Program-made: the position numbers and the translations under genes
From: Adineta vaga
Lineage: Eukaryota; Animalia; Rotifera
NCBI GenBank assembly: GCA_021613535.1
Contig: CP075493.1
Location: forward strand, 12,276,001-12,340,000
DNA: 64,000 nt
Direction: 5' to 3'
Part shown: one piece after another, positions 13,015 through 24,327 of the stretch
Numbering within the stretch: position 1 is the stretch's first letter
Layout: each line of letters begins with the position of its first letter
The notes under the pieces: model-generated
What the model was told of the DNA's origin: nothing
Seen by the model: only the letters and a program-made list of their open reading frames with translations
The model's database searches: none

Positions 13015-14119
13015 TATGTGCATTTAATCTACGTAATGAAAGATTATATACAAGCGATGGTTTTCGAGATCTCATATTCGCTAGAACGACTGTGGAGGAT
13101 AATCTCAAGTTTCTCAAATAACTTCAAATAACTCTTTATAATGAAAAATCAAATAGAAGTAGTAAATGTGAAGAAGGCGTTTGTTATGCAACTGGAGAAG
13201 AACATGATATTCAAATAGCGGAATATCAACATATCAACATATTTGTTGAATAAAAATTCTACTTATGATAACCTTATAACTATGACTACAACAATACTTA
13301 CTGAAACGAATACTTTCATGACTGTACGAATATTCCCTCTATAACAATATCTAATTTAGCAAATCAAACTAAGAAAATGCATACGCTTTGCCTTCTTCTG
13401 ATGTTGATTTACATATATTTTCTGACAATTCTTCATGAGTAAAATATTTCAATGCGCGAAACGTTTTCTCTTCATCCATCGCTATAACAAAGTACTGATA
13501 TTCATTGGTCTTTTATTGCCAATAGTCGTTCGTCTTCTTACAAATCATCATCAACATCTTCAACTGTTATTCTTTTTTGTCCTTCAATTTATTTATTGAT
13601 TCAATTCTTTTAATATAATTTAATTGTTTCAGTCTATTTTTTCACAATCGAAACAATTTCATCTATTATTCACCCTTGTCCTTCAATTTTTTTTTCTTCT
13701 TCTTTAGCTGCTTTCAAGCTTTTTATGGTCGTTTGACGTGTGTTGCTTCATTTAGAATCGTTTTTTCTTCCACTGTATGTTTACATCGATCGATAGGAAT
13801 ACGTTCTTAACTTTCGTGTGTCATTACATTACCTTGACAAAATTAGTATAAACACCATTTCTCAACAATCGATATATTCACCTTCTAGTTTAAGAAATAG
13901 TAGTCAACACGAAGAGCAAGCAAGTTTTAAGATACATTCTTGACATTTTCGTAATGAAGACTTTTTGTTCCAAAAGGTAGTTTTTTAGATCCTATGTCTA
14001 TATATTCGTATCAAAAACATCACAATACTTTGTATGTACCATCTGTTCAAGGTAAAATGAAATCATTGATTGGTGACATTAAGTAAGACTACTATACACG
14101 ATATTATTACGTATAATGA

Positions 14120-15175
14120 TTGATTTTTATTCTTACTTTAAGTACGTATTCTATTCATCTAGAGGATGAAAGTGTTGAAGAACCGTTGCATGAAAATGTG
14201 CGAAAATTGCTTGTTATGGGCTTGGAAGGAAGTGGTAAAACATCATTAATTAACAATTTATGTGGAACATCGTATACTACGGGAACACATCGCTATGGTT
14301 ATAGAATAACTGATAATCAAAGAGGTTCTTTTAAAACAATATCTCCTGCTTGTGAATTTGTTCTCTATGATACGAATGGTTTGAAAATTGATGAACCTGG
14401 TAAATGGCATGAACATCTCAAGAGTACACTTGAAATTAATGGAGTGATTTTTTTTATTGATGGACATGATAAACGATGTAGTTTACATGGTGATTTACCA
14501 CGGTTAATTGAATACTGTCGAAATTTAGAATTACCAATACTCTATCTGTTCAGATCAGACGTTGTCGATTGGTTGGATGAAGAATGTAGTTTGGATAATT
14601 TAGTAAATGTGAAAAAAATCGAAAAGAAGGAGAATGAGAATGATATTGCGTACTACTCTCAAAAAGATAAAAATCGTTTGAAACAAGTTATTACTAATCG
14701 ATTTGCTTCTGCAACAATGACGAAAGCTCTAATTGATCCAGTTCAATTGGCTGTAAAAATACGAGAGATAGAAAAGCGTCATCAACAGGAGATCAAAACA
14801 ATAAAAGATGAACATCAACAGTCAATTAATGAAAAAGATTTATTTTATAATAATCTCGAAAAACTCTATGAAAACGAAAAGAAACATTCAGAATATCTAA
14901 AACAGAATTTAAGTGATGCCCAAAAACTTTATGAAGATTTTAAGAACAAATACGAAAATATATCCACCGCTAAAAGAAAACTACAGCATGAAATAGAAGA
15001 GTTAAAACGAAGAAAACAAAATAGTTTACAAACAGTTAAAATAACAATGAATTATTTACGTACAAATATCAATGAAGTCGCATACCAAACATTCGTGATG
15101 ATGGAAAATTACGTGTTCGAAGCAAAAAACATCAATGCAAGAAACATAAAGCCTGGTTACCTTTTATGGGTCTAG
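14120..15175 (+). CDS. P-loop GTPase-like protein with C-terminal coiled coil (true start probably spliced)
   Basis: G1 motif LLVMGLEGSGKTSLINNL, G3 motif YDTNG, and a long E/K-rich heptad region. Confidence 0.7.
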   Translation: MIFILTLSTYSIHLEDESVEEPLHENVRKLLVMGLEGSGKTSLINNLCGTSYTTGTHRYGYRITDNQRGSFKTISPACEFVLYDTNGLKIDEPGKWHEHLKSTLEINGVIFFIDGHDKRCSLHGDLPRLIEYCRNLELPILYLFRSDVVDWLDEECSLDNLVNVKKIEKKENENDIAYYSQKDKNRLKQVITNRFASATMTKALIDPVQLAVKIREIEKRHQQEIKTIKDEHQQSINEKDLFYNNLEKLYENEKKHSEYLKQNLSDAQKLYEDFKNKYENISTAKRKLQHEIEELKRRKQNSLQTVKITMNYLRTNINEVAYQTFVMMENYVFEAKNINARNIKPGYLLWV

Positions 15176-15325
15176 TTATTTCCAATGATTATGATAATCT
15201 TTGTGATAGAATTGCTGAACTTCTTAACGAAACTGTTAGTAAGTTAGAAGACGTAGATGATACATAATATAGGGTGTGAGTGTCAATGTTCTTTTCATGT
15301 ATTCATACTAAAACACGTTCTTATA

Positions 15326-18300
15326 TTAGTCATTGATTGGATTGACTCTTTGAGTTAAGCATAATAAATTTTTAACTATGATTATAGCAAATAATCGACA
15401 AATAATTACTAGACCGCCATAAAGACTAATCAAAGTTGTGATTCCTTCAAGAATATTATTCTTATCGATATATGAATAAGTACATGAGAGTGGTGCACAT
15501 TGATCAAAATACAATTGATAAGATGTATTATTTTGAAATTCTTCAACCATTAATTGATTAACAATCGTTTCAATAGATGTATTCATCGGAAAACGACTTG
15601 TTGGTAATGAAGAACTATTCATAGCTTTGAACATATTGTTTAAATCGATACATTGCTCATCATAGAGACATTCAAGTGATGACTGTAAAAGTGCTTCGAG
15701 TGGATAACAACCCGTAGGCATACGACGAGATGGCGATACACATTTTGCTGATAGTTTACAATTACATGCATTATAAGTGAGTGGTATAGTTGGCAGAATC
15801 AATTCATTCGTTATATTAGATGAAATAGAAATTATCCAATTGGTTGATAATCCACTGAATAACATATTTGCTCCTGTTGTTTCACGAATTAATGAAAGAA
15901 TATTGACAAATAATTTCGGCATGGTGAATTGAAAATCATCAAATTTAGTCTGAATATGATCAATTAATTCTTGTGGTGATAAAAGTTGAGTATTGACAAA
16001 ATCGTGTGGGCACCTAATTGAACAAGTACATTGTTGATAGTTTCTTGTGATAATTGACAAAAAGAAGCAAGTAATTGAAATTGTCCACTAGCTGAATACA
16101 GAAAATCAATGCGAGAATAGACGTACAAAGGATGAATGGTACCATAAATATATGAAATCCATTGGTCAGAAACGAAATCACTTGAACATACTTGATGAAA
16201 ACGTGATGTAATGTTCAAAACTGATTTGTATTTGATTGAAATTTGTGAACAAGAACATTGTAATGAATCATAGGATTGTGCAACCAGATTTTTATACGTT
16301 AATAATGAAGGTTCGTCAATTTTGACGGTTATGACTTGTGGATCAAAGGCAGAAAAAATATAAAGAATATTTAGAATTGCAATAACTAAAATAAAATGTA
16401 TCCGATGAATCATTTGATATTCATTATGACATGTAAATATATGTTTAATTACATTGATTAATGTTAAATAGGAAAAATTATTCATTAATATTTTATCAAT
16501 AAATTGAAGTCCAACCATAAAAATAAGTTTTAATCCCACGGATAATCCACCAAATACACCAACAATCATTGTAAAAATCGAAATGAAACTTGCATGTTGT
16601 TCATACGGAAATGTACATGATGATGGTGCACATTGATCATAATATGAACTGTAAGAAACATTCGATGACCATGTATCAACCATCATATTATTGGCAATAG
16701 TTTCAATTATGTCCTTCGGCGAATTAAGATGTAAATCGAGAGCAGAGAAATTAAATGGTTGTGCTGAAAATACATATTGATCAATTTCTAGCATACAGGT
16801 AAGATTATAAAAACATTCTAATGAAGATGCAAATAGAGCTTCAATTAGAAAACAACCGACATAAAAATTTGGCATTGAATAAGTTTCTACAAATCGATAT
16901 GAATATTGATCATATTCTAAAATGCCCATTGGAACACGACATAATGCACTTATAGCACAATTACAATCAGAAAAGTAACTGGATGTAAGTTTTATTGTTC
17001 TTGAAATAACATCTATCACAGGTAAAATATTGTCAACATTAATCAATCGATTACCTTGATTAGTCGAACGAACTAATTGAATAGTACGTTTAAATGTATT
17101 CACAGTTGTTGATATCCAATCTTGAATAACTGAATTCCATTGAATATCAAATGTTTGTTGAGGAACAACTTGTGAATTGACAAATTGTGTTTGAAGAAAT
17201 AATTGAGGAGCATCATTAATCGTTTGATGAGCTTGTTGACAAAACATTGCCAGTAATTGAAAATGAATAGGTGCATTGATTCGATATTCCGCAAATTTAC
17301 AAAAAGGTGTACATGAACGACTTTGTCGTAAATAGAGAATCCATTGTTCAGAAATTAAATCACTCGAGCATAATTGATGATAATTAGGTTGAATAGTAAG
17401 AAAAGTTGAATAGGACATGGATATTGAATTGCATAGACATGAAAGAGTATATGAATAATCTTGTTGAAGTTGTTGATATTGAAATTCAGTTGGTTGAAAG
17501 ATAGTTTTAGATTGAAGTGTTGTTTTATATAAATTAGATACGGTTAAGAGTCCAATTGAATTGAAAATTAAAAACATATAAAGTCGAGTCGCATAACGTT
17601 GATAACATATTTGTTGATCAGTACTTGGATAATGTTCGAAAAGATTGAGTTCAATCAGTTTTTCTCGAATCAATCCTTTCAAATGATGTAAACGGGTGCA
17701 TACTAATATGAATTATATTTATGCTCAACTAACTATTACAATTATTGTGACTTACTTGAAACGTGTGGTCTTGGAATAGGACTTCGTAACCGTTGAATAA
17801 ATCGAGTTAGACTCGGAATGATCAGTCGAAGTGTTAATATTAAACTACTGAGAATACCGATGAGTTTTGTTAAGATATAAACACTACTATGATGTGAAGT
17901 ATTCATATAAGTACAAGACGATGGAGTACATTCAGAATAATATTTCTCATATGAAATATTTTCAAGCCAATCTTCAATCATGAGATTATCAATCATTGTT
18001 TGTATTGTTGCATTTTGATCAAAATGACTTTGTTCATTGTAAATCATCGCGGTGAATATACGAGTTTCGTTGTTGGAAATGGTAAAATATGAGAGTAGTT
18101 TGTCTACACTTGTTTGATTATAAAAACATTCGAGTGTAGAAATAAGAATAGAAATTACTGGGAGACAACTTGCGGAAATTCCTGGTATATACCAAAAGTC
18201 TGTTGACCAAGAACTATAAATGAAACTCGTTGCAAACTTAGTACAAACATCTACATTACAACGACAGAAAGAACCATCGACTGATGTATAAGTTACTGCA

Positions 18301-19013
18301 CGTATTGTCATTTGGACGATATCGGGAAATATATAAGATACTAGATTGAAATTTGTCTGTAAGCCAGAGACTAATTGATTGTTCATAGTCATTTCATTGA
18401 TTAATCTTAATTGAGTTTTAAATGTATTCGGTGCTGTTAATCGAAATTGAGTAATTATTGAAAGAGTTTGTGAATGTAGAACATTTCTAGATACAATTTC
18501 TGGACTTAATAATGTACTTTGATAGAAAACATCAAGACTCTGTTCAATATTTGCTTTAGATAAACGACAAAAACCAGCAAGGGCTTGAAAGTGAGTACTA
18601 CCATAGTTTCGAAAGTTGTTTTTGATAAAAAATGTAATCGTGTTCGTTTGACTATGGATTGCATTAAACCATCGATCAGTGATAAAATCACTTGAACAAA
18701 CTTGATGAAATATTGTTTGTATTGAAGTAAATTTACCATACGGAATAGAAATATGTGAACATGAACAATGAGTATTCGAAGGAAGATTTTCAAATTGCTG
18801 TATTGTTGGATATTCAATAGTAATTAATGTCTCTTGTTTAGTTATGAATAATAGAAAACCAGTCTCACAAAGTGAAAGGATGAGAACTATAATAAAGACT
18901 CGTGTAGCGATGATATTTGATTTTTCTCGTTGATCATCTTGTTGTTCATTTTCGTTAGAATTATTTTTTTCGAATATGTTAAGAGTAAGAAGATATCTTT
19001 TTAACGAAGACAT
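15326..19013 (-). CDS. Large membrane protein with three tandem TM-Cys-rich ectodomain-TM modules (1 intron, 1 frameshift)
   Basis: Three copies of CxCxxISxxY..HQxCSSD..W and YxxYxxxCxPxSCT, each flanked by hydrophobic helices. Intron at about 17703-17755; frameshift near 16005. Confidence 0.8.
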
Positions 19014-19284
19014 TTTTTTTAAATGGAAAGAAACAAATTTTCAGCAACGTGTAAATTAACAGTGTGTAAACTATGATTTTTTTTCCTGTAAAAGTTTTCT
19101 TTCAAGCAAATTAACATGTCAACAAGAAAAAAATGTAATTATCGAAGTAAACTTATAATGAATAAGAGAAAGAAAAAGATACATGATTTTCACTACTATT
19201 GTTAAATGTCTACAAAAAAGATCTTGAAATTAGTTTGAATGTTAGTTCAGTTCACAATTCTTTCGTTTCAATCTGGTTAATACT

Positions 19285-19845
19285 TTATCCTGTAACTTCT
19301 ATTTGCTCTTCTTCTGATCTGTACGAATATGTTGGCTGTATTAATGCTAATTCATCGTTAGTAAATCCATACGAATGCATCCATTGCTCTAAATTCTTAT
19401 TTTTAATTTCTTCAATATAGGAATATTCGTTCTTGTTATTAATTTCTTTTGGTAATTGTTCAAAACCAGTTGATGTCAATACTAAATATCCAACTGCACA
19501 ATAAACATTCCGATGATCAATAAAACGTGGATTTCGAGTACCGCTTATATTATGAGTTTTGTCATGTTGGGGAAATTCACCTTGTTTCCAATAATAATTT
19601 AAACGATCTAATGCATCGAGTTTTTTCGAATAATTATTTTCAGGTTGAATTTGATGACGAATGAAGGCTTCAGCATATTCTAAATGTGCTTGTACACGTT
19701 GAATTTCTGAAGATGTTTGCAGAGGAACAGTATCATATTTTTCTTCGAAACTCAGATCAGCGATAATTTTATTCACAGAAAACGAATGACTTGTTAATCC
19801 TGGTAATAATATGAGAAATATCGATACGGCAAAGACGAAGACCAT
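19285..19845 (-). CDS. Secreted protein with a bacterial-type uncharacterised domain
   Basis: Signal peptide followed by RVQAHLEY..E, YWKQGEFP, RNPRFID..CAVGYL and ELALIQPTY; intronless. Confidence 0.7.
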   Translation of the reverse strand: MVFVFAVSIFLILLPGLTSHSFSVNKIIADLSFEEKYDTVPLQTSSEIQRVQAHLEYAEAFIRHQIQPENNYSKKLDALDRLNYYWKQGEFPQHDKTHNISGTRNPRFIDHRNVYCAVGYLVLTSTGFEQLPKEINNKNEYSYIEEIKNKNLEQWMHSYGFTNDELALIQPTYSYRSEEEQIEVTG

Positions 19846-20052
19846 TTTTTTATATATACGCGATGTGAAATGAGTACTTTTCAAAGCGATCGTATATAAA
19901 TCAACAGTATTTCACAACGATAAGAAAATTATAACTTCCGACCCTGATTTTTCGATATTAAGAAAAAGAAAAAAAACATCATACCTAGGAAGTTTCTAAT
20001 CACGTTGTGTTTTTCGTAAAAAAATGAAAAAAAATTTCGTTAGGATATTCCT

Positions 20053-21745
20053 TTAATAATATAATTTATTACCAAATGTTTCTTTAACTCCTTCAATTTC
20101 TATCTCATCAAAAAATGAACAATTTCTATTCCATATTTCGACCACAAATCCTCGATCAGGTGTGATATGAAAATGTTTTGGTGCTAATGGATTATAACTT
20201 GGCCATAGACGTAATGGTCTTCCTGTTGTTGCGATATTAATCCAATGTGAAATAATTTCATTTGAAAATGATCGTGTCGATTGATCCCAAGTACAATTGA
20301 ATGAATCTTCGGAATGAAAATCACTAATAGTTCCGAAGACAAATGGAAGTTCAGCTGAATGTCTACAGATTCCTTCTTCAGGAACAATCGGACATTTAGG
20401 ATAACAATTCAAATGATATGAAAATAATTTATTTTGTTCATATTCTGGACCATATTTTGCATAGAAAGCATCAAAGATTCGACGCATATCACAATCAAAT
20501 AATTTATCTGTTGCTATAATATTGAGAATATTACAGCAACGACTAACATTTGCTGTTCGATTTGCTGAACAACTAGCTAAATGATAATATTCGACAATGG
20601 ATGGAATCCATTTAGGATGAACAGATTGACTGATTAATGCTACAGCTAGTGTATAATTCATATCAGGATATTGAAGACATACTGATAGATCATAATCATT
20701 ATTTCCCATAATAAGACTAATATTATTGTATTGCCCGCGTTGAATTGCCAAAGGAGGATAGAATGGAAAAAAATAGTTGTCAATAATTGGTCTTGTATAA
20801 TAATCACCATAGATTTCAAATAGATCTTCAATAGGAGAATTACGTATACATAGAAGAACTTTTTGTTGATCTTCATTTGTACAATTCAATTTTTTAACAA
20901 TAAAATTTGAAGTATTAAGTGCAGCAGTAGTATTATAATAAGATAAATAAGTTCCAGGTGAATCTAAACCTGATTGACTTATTGCCGTTCGATAAAGACC
21001 AGTTGATCCTTTCAATGCACCAAGATCAACGACAGATAATCCACCAGCACTTTGACCAAATAATGAAACATTACTTGAATCACCACCATAATCCCGAATA
21101 TTTGTCTTTATCCAACGTAATGCGGATAACATATCTAAATACATATAATTACCTGCTGTCGGCCATTCCGGATCTTCTTCAATCAATTCGTTTAAAAACA
21201 TATCAGCTAATGCACCTAATCGATAATTGATTGTCACAATAATCACCGGTTGATCTGATGGTGAATGAGCAATCATGTTCGTACCATTATAGATCAATGG
21301 AATACTTTGAGATGAACATCCTATTTTATGAGCACCACCATGAATCCAAACGAATACAGGCAATAAGGAATGATTTGATGGAATCATTGGTTTGTAGATA
21401 TTTAAATAGAGACATTGTTCATTTTGTTCAGGAATATAAGTATTCGTTTTTGGTTGTGGACAACAAGCACCGAAAGATGTCGCTTGAAATGAATTATTTG
21501 GAAAGCGTTCGAATGCAAGATCAATTGGTGGTTTCCATCTGATAACTTTGGCATATTGAATTCTAATGAACAAAGAAACATTTATTCAAATAAGCAAATC
21601 TATGATCATACCCAAGATATTCAATTGAACTTTGAGTTTGTCGTCCATAGATAATACCTTGTCGAGTTCGAAGTCCAATATTTTCAGAATTGATACTTAT
21701 TACACTCAAAAATAGTAGCAAATTTAAAATCCAACACATGGTCAT
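20053..21745 (-). CDS. Secreted type-B carboxylesterase (2 exons)
   Basis: EQCLYLNIY, PVFVWIHGG, INYRLG, nucleophile motif FGQSAG and HSAELPFVFG. Intron 21563-21611 joins LG|IQYA. Confidence 0.9.
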
Positions 21746-22353
21746 CAAATATGTAGTTTTATGGATATGTGTGTCTTATCAAATAGAACCTCAAAATATT
21801 TTATCTGACATCGTTTTTTCTTTCGTTATATTTACATTATTTGTGTCGGTTAACAATGACTCAATAGTAAAGCATCTTTCATTTCATTCCTATATAAGAA
21901 TGCATCGTCATATGCATAACATGATGACATCTTCAATTCAAATCTCTTTGTCATTATTGTTTTAAAATTTACATTCATATATCTAATAGAGAGAAAAAGT
22001 ATAGTTTTGTTAAGAAAAAGAGACATGTGATACAGATATAGATGCGATATTTACACCCATCGCTCTTGTTTCATGATTATTGATTTCTTTTATTACAGGT
22101 AACGTTAAATTATGGAGTATAGTACGTAATAAAAACTCAGTCACCTATAACGAACCAAAGAATGAATAACATCGGTTTAATTATTAGAAACTTATGACAT
22201 TTCCTAATGGAATCTATGAAACGAACATAATCATGTCAAACAAAAAGAATTTTCTATAAACTTTCATATTAAATAAAATTTATCTTTCATTGAAATGATA
22301 TTTTATTCAAAAATCTAAAAAACAACAACAACAACAACAACAATAACAACAAA

Positions 22354-23996
22354 CTATCGTAGAATACGACGATCAATACCAGTCATATGTAAGATGCTAT
22401 CATATAATAAGATACCATCAATCATACATAATTGTGGTCCTTGTGATGAATTACGTCCTAATCCACAATAGGCAACTAAAATATCACCAGGTCGTAAATG
22501 AATAACCCAAGGAAATAATGTTTGTCGTGGTTGTGGATTTTCACGAAATGCTTTTACTTGTGCATCTTCATTCGTAGATTCTGTTTTATTGTGATAGGAT
22601 AAGAGAGAAATGACAACATTAACACGATCTGTATTTGATGAATTTTGGTTTCTATTCTTTCGTTCAACTGTTGAATCATAGGCAGCAATAGCTTGAAGAT
22701 GTCGTTGATATTCAACACATGTCCACATACGATCAGAAGATTTTAATTTCATAGGAAATGTATCGATTGATGCATTTGTTTGTTCTTGAACAGATTCGGA
22801 TTTCGATGGTAGATGATCAATCAATGATCGTAAAATCATTTCAAGTTGTTCAGGTGGTAGAATACAAGTATTCAATTCATAGAAAATTGTATGTTTACAT
22901 CGTCGTACAGCTCCAATTGTTCCAACAAGTAAAACAGGTTTTTGAAACCATGATGTTGACGTTGCCGTACATGAGTCCATCAGTGAAGATATTTCTTTTG
23001 GTGACCAAGTTGTTGATGACCATGGCCACGTATCCAATTCAACTAATATAGAAAAGAATTCAATCTTTCATTTAGTTAAATATATATATAAATAATATTC
23101 ATACTTGACGATTGATTGATATCATTCGTATCGAATGCTTTAATACCATTGGAAAAAATGTGTGGCCACAGATCAATTGCTCGTTGTTTGACACCGTCAC
23201 GAGTTGATAAGATATTTTCCATAAATTTTCTATCTAAACCCCATATATTATGTTCAGGCATTACGAGTTTAATTGTTGCATTTGATGTAATCGATGATTT
23301 TGTATAACAACCTTGTGGAAAACACCAAATATTCATTTGATTCTTTGTACTTAATAAACTTAAATCCATATATTGTTGATGAGGTGTTTGTCCAAGCCAT
23401 TCTTGTTGAAAAGGTGCCCATTTACAACATGGACATGTAACAATACCAACGATACCTTCAGATGCATCGATGGCTTCTATTGCATCTTCAAGAGTAACAT
23501 GAGCATGCATTAAAACAACAATTGCTTGTCGACATTGAATAGATATGGCTTGAATTTTAGCGCGTGCCATTCGTAAACCTTCAGTTGTTTTCCATTCATT
23601 ACAATTGTCTTTTGTTGTTAAACTTCGTCGATTAAGAAATGTCATATCAGTATAAGTGTCATATTGAAGTATTGGATCGATACTAAAACATTGCCATAAA
23701 CCTTTTGTTAAATAGGCACATAGACCAGCTGTACGTGGTGTCATACCATCACCAACAACAATAATTGCATTACGACGATCAGTCGTAGAAGATGGAGATG
23801 ATGATGATGGTAGTTGTGGTAGAATATGTCGTCGTATAGCTGCCCAAACTGCGAATGATTCCGTAATTTCTTTCGCATTTGGAAATAAACCCATCGAAAT
23901 TAAATCTGGAGCACATCTTAATCGTAAAAATTCATCCAAATAATCCAAATGATATTGATGAGATGATTCGTTATGTGAATTTTCGTTTTCTGACAT
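22354..23996 (-). CDS. Uncharacterised methyltransferase-like protein with putative C-terminal OB-fold (2 exons)
   Basis: N-terminal LFPNAKEITES..VVGDGMTPRTA..SIDP; C-terminal VLLVGTI..LRPGDILVA..GR. Intron 23043-23104 joins the two ORFs in frame. Confidence 0.6.
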
Positions 23997-24327
23997 CGTA
24001 CGTAAATCGAGATTGATTTGATAGAAATAAATGTGTTCGACGGCACTTTAAATAGAAAAGAAAAGAAAAATCTTTTTTTTTTCTTTTTATATATGCTCGT
24101 TCTTCTACATGTTTTGTTATTATATCTTCGTCGGCGTGCGTTTAACCACATGGTAGTATATATATATATATATATGAAGACTACTTTTCCGTATTAAGTA
24201 GAAACTTGTTTGATCATGTTATAGTTATTTTCTATATAAATCACGTATGACAATATAGTAAAAAAGAGATATAAATTGAATGTGTTAGTTGAGTAAAACT
24301 AAGCATTGTCTATCTTCAACGTCAATA

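Noticed and set aside
13040-13880. Coding-like purine-rich stretch on the minus strand
   Set aside because: Multiple stops and no identifiable family.
22321-22352. (CAA)n tract; also (TA)n near 24157-24175 and a GA-rich tract at 53079-53111
   Set aside because: Ordinary microsatellites.
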